Part shown: positions 26,911 to 39,298 of the stretch, in pieces
Layout: the number at the start of each line of letters is the position of its first letter
Position numbering within the stretch: position 1 is the first letter of the stretch
Assembly (NCBI RefSeq): GCF_006345805.1
Contig: NC_043026.1
Coordinates: 62,001 to 126,000, forward strand
Source: Octopus sinensis
Lineage: Eukaryota
DNA length: 64,000 nt
Reading direction: 5' to 3'
Made by a program: the position numbers and the translations under genes
The notes under the pieces: generated by a model
Told to the model about the DNA's origin: nothing
The model's input: the letters and a program-made list of their open reading frames with translations, nothing else
Databases searched by the model: none

Positions 26911-27243
26911 CGTGCAGAAGCAAGCGAATCAACATGTAAAATATGAATTAGAGATAAAACCACTATTAGGCAACTCAAACAGTGATAGACATAAGCCAAT
27001 ACATAAATAACAAATAATATAAATATAATTAATATAATATATAATATTTATATATATATAAAATTTTTATTTATTTATTTTTTTTTAATAATTTTTAAAA
27101 TTATTTTTTTATTACTTTTGAGTTGCCTAATAGTGGTTTTATCTCATATGCATATTTTATATATTTATACTGTGAAATTTAATTTAATCCTAAATCTAAT
27201 TTTTCCCTGTAAGTTTAGAACCAAACTCCCTAATATTATTATT

Positions 27244-27331
<88 letters not shown>

Positions 27332-27598
27332 GAGTTAGAGACAAAACTACTAGTATGCAACTAAAACAGTGATAGACATAAACGAATACATAAATAACAA
27401 ATAATATAACTATAATTATAGTTATATTATTATATTATTAATTATATTATTTGCTATTTATGTATTGGTTTATGTCTATCACTGTTTGAATTGCCTAATA
27501 GTGGTTTTATCTCTAATTCATATTTTATATATTTATACTATGAAATTTGATTTAATCTTAAATCTAATTTTTCCCTGTGGGTTTAGAGCTATATTCCC

Positions 27599-27635
<37 letters not shown>

Positions 27636-27676
27636 ATGTGCGTATGAATGCGCATAAAGATCGTTTATGCACCTAC

Positions 27677-27855
27677 CTCATCGATTGGAAGACGGGTCCA
27701 GATATCAAGAAAAGGATGTCTGAAGAATTTGGGACAAAAGGTACCATTGCATTCGTACACATTCCAGGTTGAAGGACTTTCTATATTCATAAATGAATTA
27801 TAGACTTTCGAACCAGCTCCCATTGATATGGCATATGTTTTAATCCACTGGCTGT
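27677..27855 (-). CDS. Paralogue B, coding exon 2 (SQWIKTYAISMGAGSKVYNSFMNIESPSTWNVYECNGTFCPKFFRHPFLDIWTRLPIDE)
   Basis: Not in the ORF track; read by hand. Acceptor atttcag, donor gtaggt, 179 nt, phase 1 to 0, no stop codon. Homologous to 45369-45546. Confidence 0.85.
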
Positions 27856-27859
27856 CTGA

Positions 27860-27916
<57 letters not shown>

Positions 27917-28439
27917 TGATTGGAAGTGTTATCATGTACATTGTTTTGTCTTGGTATAAAAGATGGGCTACAGCAAATATTCTGCTCAATACCACAGATT
28001 TGCTTGTCAGTTGTTTGACCTTAACCAGTTGAGCATGTCCCTTAGTGGCTGACGATATGTGCATCTCTGATCACGAGCAGAAGTAGTGGGGGAGCATCAT
28101 AGCCATGTGTTGAGAGGGATTCTTTGGGGTTTGAATAATTCACCTCTGGAAACATGGGTGGTTCTTTCAACATCCTTAAACAACCCTTATTCAGGGACCT
28201 TTTGAGCGGATGGGCTACTCAACCTGAAGAAAATTCTAACTGGGCCCCACCTGCAAGGTCATGTGCTGTTTATCTTGATATGAGATCACCATGTCGCGCA
28301 CATATGGTTGTGATGCATGTGCCTGGTGTACCTTTATCAGACGGGTAGTCATGATGGGTATATTGGGCTTCGTATATTTTACCCCAGTGTCACTTTGATG
28401 GCATGCACTGCTCTCTCACTCAATAATAATAATAATAAT

Positions 28440-29250
28440 AATAAGCTGCGTAAATACCAAATTAAAAATACAAGGTCTACCTGAGCTAAAAGAACAGCTA
28501 AAGATAGCCTCACCATAGCACAAAGAATCCACCGGTATGAGAAACGCCAACGAAACAAACCAACAATACAAAAGCTTCCACCAAGAACTTGGCAAAAAGA
28601 AAATAGAGATGAAAACAGTAGAAGAAGCGGAAGGATTTTGGAAAGAAATATGGTCGGGGAAGGAACAACCACAGAAAAGATATACCAAAACAACAAGCAC
28701 AGCACCTGAACAATTCTGGGCTCCTATTACAAGTGAAGGGGTCACCAAGGCACTGCAAATCTAAGCTGCTGGAAGGTACCTGGGCACGACAAGATCCCTA
28801 AATTCTGGGGTTAAAATATCAAACAAGAATACATAAAACGCTGGCTGCAAATATTAAGGAAATACTAGCAAAGCCAGAGACAATCCCCGAATATTTCACA
28901 GAAGGGAAAACTATCCTAATTCCCAAATCCACTGATAGAGCAAACTGACAAAATTAAAGACCGATAACTTGTCTCCCTATAATTTACATAGCCTTTACAG
29001 CAATAATATCGCAGAGAATGGGTAAAAATCTGGAAGACAACACCCTGTTGTCAGAAGAGTAGAAGGGATGTTGCAAGGGTTCATACGGCTGTAAAGATCA
29101 GCTACTTACCAATAAATCCATAACTGAAGACAGCAGCAGCAGAAGAAGAAGCATCTAAGTATGGCTTGGATCGATTATCGAATGGTTTTTGATAGTATTC
29201 CTCACATATGGATGCTAGAAACACTAGCCATGAACAATGTAGCACAAATT
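28440..29250 (+). mobile_element. Degenerate non-LTR retrotransposon RT fragment (R4/Dong-like) in intron 1 of B
   Basis: Interrupted frames read FWKEIWS, W K VPG.DKIP, FTEGKT.LIPK, RPITCLP.IY, GC.KGSYGCKDQL and SMAWIDY..FDSIPH.W. Confidence 0.75.
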
Positions 29251-29460
29251 TCTTTTTTTTTTACTTGTTTCAGTCATGTGACTGCGGCCATGCTGGAGCA
29301 CCGCCTTTAATCGAGCGACTCGACCCCGGGACTTATTCTTTTGTAAGCCCAGTACTTATTCTATCGATTTATTTTGCCGAACCGCTAAGTGACGGGGACA
29401 TAATCACACCAGCATCGGTTGTCAAGCAATGCTAGGGGACAAACACAGACACACACACAT

Positions 29461-29524
<64 letters not shown>

Positions 29525-29790
29525 GACAGGCTTCTTTTCAGTTTCCGTCTACCAAATTCACGCTCACAAGACTTTGGTCGGCCCGAGGCTATAGTAGAAG
29601 ACACTTGCCCAAGGTGCCACGCAGTGGGACTGAACCCGGAACCATGTTGTTGGTAAGGAAGCTACTTACCACACAGCCACTCTTGCACCTATAACCATAA
29701 AATAGATATAATATTCTATGAATAAATGGCAGACACATGCTACAGCGCCACTACTAATAAATAATTGAGTTTGGCCCAGTCCCGCAGAGA

Positions 29791-30683
29791 CGTCGTTATA
29801 ATGTGGGACATAAGCAATTACGTCGTTATAATGTGGGACATAAGCAATTACGTCGTTATAATGTGGGACATAAGCAATTACGCCGTTATAATGTGGGACA
29901 TAAGCAATTACGTCGTTATAATGTGGGACATAAGCAATTACGTCGTTATAATGTGGGACATAAGCAATTACGTCGTTATAATGTGGGACATAAGCAATTA
30001 CGTCGTTATAATGTGGGACATAAGCAATTACGTCGTTATAATGTAGGACATAAGCAATTACGTCGTTATTATGTGAGAGATAAGCAATCACGTCGTTATA
30101 ATGTGGGACATAAGCAATTACGTCGTTATAATGTGAGACATAAGCAATTACGTCGTTATAATGTGGGACATAAGCAATTACGTCGTTTATAATGTAGGAC
30201 ATAAGCAATTACGTCGTTATAATGTGGGACATAAGCAATTACGTCGTTATAATGTGAGACATAAGCAATTACGTCGTATAATGTGAGACATAAGCAATTA
30301 CGTCGTTATAATGTGGGACATAAGCAATTACGTCGTTATAATGTGGGACATAAGCAATTACGTCGTTATAATGTAGGACATAAGCAATTACGTCGTTATA
30401 ATGTGGGACATAAGCAATTACGTCGTTATAATGTGGGACATAAGCAATTACGTCGTTATAATGTGGGACATAAGCAATTACGTCGTTATAATGTAGGACA
30501 TAAACAATTACGTCGTTATAATGTGGGGCAAAAGCAATTACGTCGTTATAATGTGGGACATAAGCAATTACGTCGTTATAATGTGAGACATAAGCAATTA
30601 CGTCGTTATAATGTGGGACATAAGCAATTACGTCGTTATAATGTGGGACATAAGCAATTACGTCGTTATAATGTGGAACATAA
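29791..30683. repeat. 30-bp minisatellite, about 30 copies of cgtcgttataatgtgggacataagcaatta
   Basis: Head-to-tail units with rare substitutions and two single-base indels; no spacers. Confidence 0.97.
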
Positions 30684-31302
30684 CAATGGCGACGGAGTTT
30701 CGTAGCCCCCACAGCCACTGATATGTAGTAGCGGGACGTAGCAGTGGCGACGAGGATTCATAGCTCCCACTGTATAACGGTGTCGTTATAACAGTGGTAA
30801 CGAGGTTACGAACCCTCGTAGGAGTGTCGAAACGGAAGCCCCACGTTCAAGAAAAATGAAAGAAAGTTTGAAGGATTCGAACCCTGACACAGAATTAAAC
30901 TTCACAGACGGCGACGAAATATAATATACACTCAGTGATACACACACACACCACACACACACACACACACCCCCACACCACAACACACACACACACACAC
31001 ACACACACGAAAAAAAACAAAAAACGAAGACAGTGGTGTACAAAACAAACAAAATGTATTATATAACGCTCTGGAATTGTAAAAGTCTTTTACGTTTCGA
31101 GCCTACGTTCTTCTACAGAAGGGATACAGAAAAAAAACAAGGAGAGAAACAAGGAGAGAAAAAAATATGTGTAGTGGCTAACGATCTATCATGGCGACTG
31201 GCGACACACATATATATATACTTTATTTAAAGCATATTACTCTACCGCTGGTATTTGAGTACTCTTTTTTCCACCTTGTTTCACATTTATGTGTTTACTC
31301 CG

Positions 31303-31411
<109 letters not shown>

Positions 31412-31729
31412 CATTTTTCACCGTGTGTGAAGTTTAATTCTATATTCGATGTCCAGTACTCGATTGTTCAAAGTTATGTTGCAAGCGGTCCGATCCGTAA
31501 GCAGCTCTCTCCCCTATTTTCTCTATCAACGCAAAGCCGTTTTAAAAAAAAATTAAAAACGATGTCTAGGCAACGTCAGTTCAACTCTGCCAAAAGATCG
31601 TTAGATGTCTTTCATCACAAACGCTTATCTCCCCTCAACCAGATTTTGAAGTTTCATTCAGAAAATATTCTAAGTCCTCTCCCTTCATTATATCTTTCAC
31701 TCTGTGTGAAGTGTAATATATATACAGGT

Positions 31730-32330
31730 TGATTGGAAAGTAACTCCCTATTTTAAAATGCTTATAATTTATATATTAACTATAAGTTTTTTCTCAAATT
31801 TGTAGTGTATGTTGTTTAATGTATGGGAATTGATTCCATGTTGTTTTGTTTCAGACTGATTATTTTGTTTGAAATTTAGAAGCCCTACAAACATGGCTGG
31901 ATGCCTTACTGTGCCCAGCTAGCTGCACATTACGAAGTTTAGATATCAGTTGTTCAAGTGCAAAGATGGTGGGGGACCATTAGAGGAAGACATGCTCAAG
32001 TTGATGCAAAGATAATCAAGAAATGCCATGCAAAATTCATGACTACAGGATTTGTAGCTGATACTTGAAGTGGTCGTCCTTCCAATTCATCAAGGTCTGC
32101 ATGACTGGCTGGCCAGAAGCCCTGATTTAACACCCTGTGATTTTGGGTTTTGTTAAAGGAGGAAGTCTTCTCTACCAAACCGATGACTTTGGAAGAACCT
32201 GAAGGGTGAATACGAGACGTTATGTCTTTCATTCCACAAGACTTCCTGATGAAATCAGTTGATGTGGTTCCCAGGTGGTTTGAGAAGCTGGTGGTGAATG
32301 CTTATTCCTATATCAAATTTTAAATAAAAT
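31730..32330 (+). mobile_element. Tc1/mariner remnant
   Basis: Begins tacagg. Near 32100-32300 it reads DWLARSPDLTPCDF..GFVKEEVFSTKPMTLEEL..IRDVMSFIP, the WPxxSPDL motif region of a DDE/DDD transposase. Confidence 0.7.
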
Positions 32331-32723
32331 TCCCTGCTATACACTTTCTTTATATATTCGTTTTTTCTAAAAATTGTAGTTAATAAATAAATTATTAGTA
32401 TTTTAAAATACTAAATTCTTAGGTATAAAAAAGAGGTGGAACCTCTGAACGCAACAACAGTATGAAAGAGATATGGTTTAAAAAGGGAATGTTTGCAGTA
32501 ACTCGACAAAGACTAAGTGAACAAGAAAGACAAAATTGAAATGCTGGTTAACAGCAATAGAAACAATAATATCAGCAACAATATGGTTTCGAAATCTTGG
32601 CCAGCAATTTCGAGGGTAGATGAGTAAGTCGATTTCATCGACCGCTGATGTTCAACTGGTACTTTGATCTGACCGAACAATGTAAAAATAAGTCAACAGT
32701 AATAATAAAGAAGATTCACTTAC

Positions 32724-33053
32724 TTCTATAGAAGGAAATCTCGTTCTCGTTATTCGTGCTGACGACTGTCATTATATTTTCGGTGAGTAATTCTTACAAG
32801 CATGGCTGACTTTGTTGTAAGTGAAATATTGCGATTGGCTCCTCTGAGCGAGCGCGGTGCAGTCGAGTAGGTTTCGTGTTGAGAAGAATTGTTCTGTTGG
32901 AGGTGTCCCAATATAATCATAGGAATAACCAGGCCCCAAACGTTTGTAGTAAGCGTCATCACATTTCTGACCTGAGGTGACAGCCAGGATTGTTGTAAGA
33001 GCTAACAGCAGCACTTCCATTGCAGCAGGACGGGTAAAAGGAAACAGGGACAT
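32724..33053 (-). CDS. Paralogue B, coding exon 1: signal peptide plus PAN/Apple-like module (MSLFPFTRPAAMEVLLLALTTILAVTSG-QKCDDAYY...DCTALAQRSQSQYFTYNKVSHACKNYSPK-[-1 nt]-IMTVVSTNNENEISFYR)
   Basis: ORF 32772-33053 aligns end to end with exon 1 of C. Hydrophobic N-terminus; donor gtaagt at 32723-32718. 330 nt versus 331 in C; the missing base is in the T-run at 32777-32780. Confidence 0.8.
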
Positions 33054-34959
33054 TCTTGGCTTTGAGATTATTAGAGGGAGACAGAAAGGGAAACAAATGG
33101 CGTGAAAGAAAGAACGAATGGGATGGGGAGAGCTATGAGGAGATTCAGCAAGGAGACAAGATGAATTTTAATAAATAAAGATGGAACGGGGAAGAGAAAG
33201 ATAGAAAGGGTCGCAAAGCGTGAAAGAGTAGCAGAAAAATATCCTGAAAAAGAAGAGAGAGATACAATGAGAAGATGGAGAGTGTTTGTGCGTGAGTGGA
33301 AGAATGTTTGGAAGAGAAAACGAAAAAAGAAGAAATTAAAATTTAGAAACATGGTCTTGGGAAGGCCTTTAAATTGCATTCAGTACGGGGCCCCTAATTG
33401 GAAATTTCCAGGGTTTCAAAGAGTTTAGAATCGTCTCTTAACCAGTGTTGTTCGAGGGTCTTATCTGACCCGCAGCAGAAGTACTCGTCAAGGCCCCAGC
33501 TAGTATGCACGTATTATTGTATCTGTGAATGTGTTACCTCGATTGGGGATGGCCTGTTACTAAACAAATGCAACAGAAACAAACTGGATGTTGTAGCCAT
33601 AACTACATTATGACTTAACAAATGATGAGATGGTCACATTTGGAATACTTTAGATCATAGCTCTGTTGGATCAGAGTTGATCTGGTGATTAAACACGGTC
33701 ACAAACTCTTGCTCACTTCACAATGCGCGCTTACAGACACACTCACCTCCCAATCATAATACATACGCGCGCAAATAAAGCAGAATGCGATAAGAAAAAA
33801 CACTTACTTTCACTGAGGTGCAGGGCCGCCCCTACACTTTAGGTGGTTATGTGAGGACTTCTAGTCAGGACTGTTCATTAAGGGCACGGCTTCTTTCTGC
33901 TCTCCTTCCTGTCTTCTATTGTAAATACTTTCTTCTATTAACCACAGTAGAGTCTACAGATATCAGGACTTTTCATAAATGCCAGAACTGACCACTGCTG
34001 TCTGTCCTTTGTTCTCTTATCTATTTCACCTTCAGACTTAGGCTAGTCTACAAATTACCAAAACTCGCAGACTTCCCAAAAAACACAGTACCAACCACTC
34101 AGATATATATTGTTTACTAATATGCCTGTATTTCTCGAGAAGAGTGAAAATACACCAAACTTTTCAATACGTCTTCTTTGTTACAACGAATAAAAGAAGT
34201 TCTTGAGCGGAGAAATGCGCTTCACGAAACATACAGAAGATACGCCTGTGTAGTTGTTGAAGTCGTTCCGATGTTAGCAGTAATGCAGCTCTGGTGTTTT
34301 TGATACTGACGTTGCATTATTAATACCTGGTGATGGGGTGATGTGATGTTGGTGTTTTTGTAGGTGGAGATATGAAAGCTGAACGTTGAAGTTCGCATGA
34401 CCGAATCTACCATTAAAGAAAATCATTCAAATCAATCACCATAGATGATACAACGTAAACATATTTCTGAGTCACTGCCATCACTTATGTGTGTCTGTAT
34501 ATATATATATATATAAAGAAATGAAAAAATGGAGTTGAACGACGATTTAACAAAATTCCTTTATTCCCGACATATGTTTCGAAGACTGCATATTCCTAAT
34601 TTCGTAGCTTCTTGAGGTCCATACATCCTTGCTTATGAAAGACTGAATGCTTTCTGAATCGAGAGATGTCAGCTGGGAGCTGTGGGAATGTGGTGATTCC
34701 TGCTGGAGTCTCGAAGGTGCCCCTTGAAAGTCTATAGGAATATGCAGTCTTCGAAACATATGTCGAGAATAAAGGAATTTTGTTAAATCGTCGTTCAACT
34801 CCATTCTTTCATTTATTTGTATTAAAAAAACACACAAATTTCCACACGAAAGCACGTGATCGCTGCCCTTGGCATGTAGCTTCAACCGTGTTTTTCTGAC
34901 TTGAATTTGCTACCCGGTTATCGGTTAACCGAATTATCCATACTAGGATAATTCATTCA

Positions 34960-35001
<42 letters not shown>

Positions 35002-35009
35002 CATATACC

Positions 35010-35093
<84 letters not shown>

Positions 35094-35369
35094 CGCTGGA
35101 GCGAAGTCTTCCATTTAAGGAAATCATTCAAATCATTGAAATCAATCACCATGGATGATGAAAAGTAAACATATTTCTGGATCGATACACTCTCTATTTC
35201 AACTGTAACGCAAACTGCTTTAATAAGTTTCACATATATGTCTTTACATGTATCATGGCAATTAGCGGTGCTTCCTAATTAAAAACTATGTGTGTGTGTA
35301 TTTGTGTGTGCGTGCGCATGTGTGATAGTGTGTGTGCACGCATATGTGTGAGTGTGTGTGTGTGTGTGT

Positions 35370-35431
<62 letters not shown>

Positions 35432-35435
<4 letters not shown>

Positions 35436-36200
35436 AGGGTATCCCCAAATCAGGGCAAACAAATTTTTCACTATTTCCATAGCAAGATATTTATATATTT
35501 CGGGAGTGAGCGTTGCAATGCAATGGAAAATGAAACACATTTACGATATGACAACATTTATTCGATATAACCACCTTTGTTTCGAATCACAACCTTAAAT
35601 CTACGTGTGAATGCTTCACACGCAGCACGCAGCAGTTTTTTGGAATCGAGCCCATTCCTGGCACAGATGCCGAGAGAAGCATCAGAACTGCTCGAGAGCC
35701 TCGGACCCAAATTGGACCAAACAGAAAAACTCCAACGAGTTGACATCGTAGATTCTTGAGGTCCATACATCCTTACTTATGAAAGACTGAATGCTTTCTG
35801 AATCGGGTGTTGTGTCTGCTTGGAGCTGTGGGAATGTGCAGATTCCTGCTGGAGTCTCGAATGTGCCCCTTGAAAGTGCTCATCAGCCCATAGAAACGGT
35901 TCAGCTACCTGAATGTCGCTAATGTATTGCTGGGAATTCGTTTCAACATCCGAGGTCACAAAAACGAGAGGAGACCTTCCAGTAGCTGTCACAACAGTCC
36001 AAACCTCAAGTGACAGTGGATTTGGACGTCGATTTGCGGGTCTAATCTCGATAGAGCCAGATACACTCTAAGGTCGGTCATTCTGGTTGTTTACTGTCTG
36101 TCCGACGCCAAATCCCTTTTCATCTGCACGCGTGCCTTCAGCAATCTGACGCAGGATGAGATGATTTCTCTCCTGTCTCGAATTCTCTTGCGTCGGTTCA
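35432..36200 (-). mobile_element. Tc1/mariner remnant with one terminal repeat
   Basis: tacagggtatcccc terminus at 35432. ORF 35777-35992 has PLVFV...NSQQYISDI..W..EHF...QQESAHSHSSKQTQ; ORF 35558-35770 has FSVWS...LRAACEAFTRRFKVVIRNKGGYIE. Confidence 0.75.
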
Positions 36201-36359
36201 TAAATTTATAAAAAAAAATATTCCAGACGTTCAAGCTTTTAATAATTGAATTCTTTATTAACTGTTACATATCTAATTACTAAGCAGCTTTCTCCATTAT
36301 CATATAGGTACGCACACAAACACACACACACACACACACACACACCACACACATATATA

Positions 36360-36391
36360 TATATATATACATACATACATACATGCATACA

Positions 36392-36425
<34 letters not shown>

Positions 36426-36454
36426 CATACATACATACATACATTCATACATAC

Positions 36455-36485
<31 letters not shown>

Positions 36486-36486
36486 C

Positions 36487-36517
<31 letters not shown>

Positions 36518-36538
36518 CATACATACATACATACATAC

Positions 36539-36569
<31 letters not shown>

Positions 36570-36590
36570 CATACATACATACATACATAC

Positions 36591-36621
<31 letters not shown>

Positions 36622-36674
36622 CATACTTACATATATACATACATACATACATACATACATACATACATACATAC

Positions 36675-36705
<31 letters not shown>

Positions 36706-36738
36706 CATACATACATACATACATACATACATACATAC

Positions 36739-36769
<31 letters not shown>

Positions 36770-36896
36770 CTACATACATACATACATACATACATACTTA
36801 CATACATACATACATACTACATACATACATACATACATACATACATACATACATACATACATACATACTTACATACATACATACATACATACATAC

Positions 36897-36927
<31 letters not shown>

Positions 36928-37147
36928 CATACATACATACATACTTACATATATACATACATACATACATACATACATACTTACATACATACATACATAT
37001 ACATACATACATACATACATACATACATACATACATACATACATACATACATACATACATACATACATACATACATACTTACATATACATACATACATAC
37101 ATATACATACATACATACATACATACATACATACATACATACATACA

Positions 37148-37177
<30 letters not shown>
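36360..37177. repeat. (ACAT)n microsatellite, about 800 bp
   Basis: Directly visible, with recurrent ACTT and ATAT interruptions. Confidence 0.97.
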
Positions 37178-37178
<1 letters not shown>

Positions 37179-37189
37179 GTCTACTATAC

Positions 37190-37720
37190 ATCATCTTGTA
37201 TTTCCTCAATGATCTATTCACACCTTGGGCTTCTGCTCCAAAAACCAGGACATAAAATCAAGCGAAACAGCATATATTCTTACTGAAAAATCAAGTTAGA
37301 TTGTATACCAAGGATGAAAACCAGTCGCATGTCTGGGTTCTGTTGGAAAAAGTTCTCCAGAAACAATTTTTTTATTAAAGAAAAAACATTTCCGCCTCAT
37401 AATTCTGTACACCTGTCTAACCAAATGTTTACAAATCGCAACGTATTCTGACACTTTTTTACCTCCAGTATTTCCACAGACTTTGCTCTGATGAAATTTC
37501 TTGTCTAGTAACTCCTCTCAAAACCTTCAAACGTGTCCCCCATTTCTCTTTTAAATACGCATCGTTTCCCTGTTGAGCTTCCTGTCAGTCTTAAGTGCTT
37601 TTATTCCCACAGTTTCTTTCCTCAAACTACTGCTCTCTCGAACTCACTAAAATCGTCTTCGTTTCCTTTGCTCTATGATATTCGGTCCATTAAGCTTTGT
37701 CGATCAACCGGTTTTGAATA
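37190..37720 (+). mobile_element. CR1/L2-group LINE 3' fragment
   Basis: ORF 37533 reads HRFPVELP...YSHSFFPQTTALSNSL.SSSFPLLYD, resembling the SFFPRT..LWNSLP C-terminus of LINE ORF2. Confidence 0.55.
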
Positions 37721-37868
37721 TGTGGGCTCCTTTCCTTTCCTCCTTCGTAGTCCCTTGTACTACGCTGGTCTCAAACCTTGTTTGGGACACAATCGTATAA
37801 AAATACATCATGTGGTCTATGTAAGATACAGGAACGAGCTGGATTCGATCGATCTTGAAACTTTTGCT

Positions 37869-37934
<66 letters not shown>

Positions 37935-38984
37935 GTGCTACATTTCTATGTTGTTTTTCAATCTATTTAAGCTTCAATAAATACAACCATGTATTGAACC
38001 TATGACATCAATGATTCTCCTGACTGCTGAGTTTAATCGAACTTATCGATTTAAGCATTGAAATCTTTTTTGCTGCCCAAACATGAATCTCTGTAACTGA
38101 GTGCGAATTGTATTAACAGTAAACAACATAAGAATGAATTCAACCAACCAACCTCATCTGGTGACTGTCAGTCGATATATAAGCACGAACCTCTTAGACG
38201 TAATACTGTCAGCTTGAACTAAATTAATTTACTGAACTGATTTTTTGCTCTAACATTTTCATTTATCAATATTGTTTCATGTGCCGACACACCATTAGAT
38301 ATTGTACACCATTACAAATCGTACAACATAGTTATTAGCTTTTAAGCGATGTGTTGAATGTGGCTTAAAACTGAGCAACATGTCTACAAAATCCATACTC
38401 GTGGCTTCATTTTAATCTTGTCATTTTCCAAATGATTTTCTGGTAATATTTAATGTTTTCCATTACTCACAAGAGTTGTGTTTCCTAGGGCAACGAAAAG
38501 ACAACACACTTCAGTATAGAAAATAATCTATATTACAACAAATACATATATACATACATTCGTACTTATATACACACTAGCAGTATCGCGCGGCGTTGCT
38601 CGGGTTGTAAGGGAAATAACTATATAAGCATTTTTAGAGAGTTATAGCCAAAAAAGAGCAAAAAATGCATTAAAAATTGAAAAAAAGTTAAGGTAAATTT
38701 TTTTAAATCGTTGACACATCGTAGATATTTTTAGAGAGTTACTTCCCTTATATAAAAGCGAAAAAAATGCATTAAAATGGAAAAATATGATGGTAAATTT
38801 TTTTTAAATCGTAGACTCATCGTAGACGCACGTTAATACACAGAAGGGCTCGATATGAATCACGACTATAAGATACCCGCTTTTGGTTAAACTGCACCGC
38901 AAAATGTGGGAGTAGTTAGGAATCTAAATCGTAGGAGACAGACACACAACTTCACTCTTATATAAAGATGCTTTTTTTTTTCAG

Positions 38985-39298
38985 TCATAGAGTTAGATTT
39001 ATGAAGGTTTTCAGTAGAAAATCCTTCGAATTCTGACTCGCTGCTTGATATAATGAAATTCGTATCCATTTTTTGTCAGAATTACAAATTTTGAAAACAC
39101 AATAGGAACAAATTTCGGAAAAAAATCTCCCGTAATTCACGGAATTAAAATTACACTTCGATTTTTGTACAAAACTGTAGTTGAAGTGTTTACGAAGTAT
39201 AATACGTGTTTTCACGAATGTACTAAAGAGATTTGCTCTGATATTCTCATTTAAATATGAATAGGTAAATTCGGGCGGCTTGGTAACGAAAGGGTTAA
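38985..39298 (-). mobile_element. piggyBac-like element end
   Basis: TTAA-CCCTTTCGTTACC terminus at ~39298 followed by MDTNFIISSSESEFEGFSTE, an acidic N-terminus like that of piggyBac transposases. Confidence 0.4.

Noticed and set aside
29791-30683. 30-bp repeat array as a CRISPR array, or its ORFs (YNDVIAYVPH / GHKQLRRYNV repeats) as proteins
   Set aside because: Units are contiguous with no unique spacers, there are no cas genes, and the context is eukaryotic. The open frames follow from a 30-bp period without stops.
36246-37286. 346-aa and 290-aa HTYI-repeat ORFs
   Set aside because: Translations of the (ACAT)n microsatellite.
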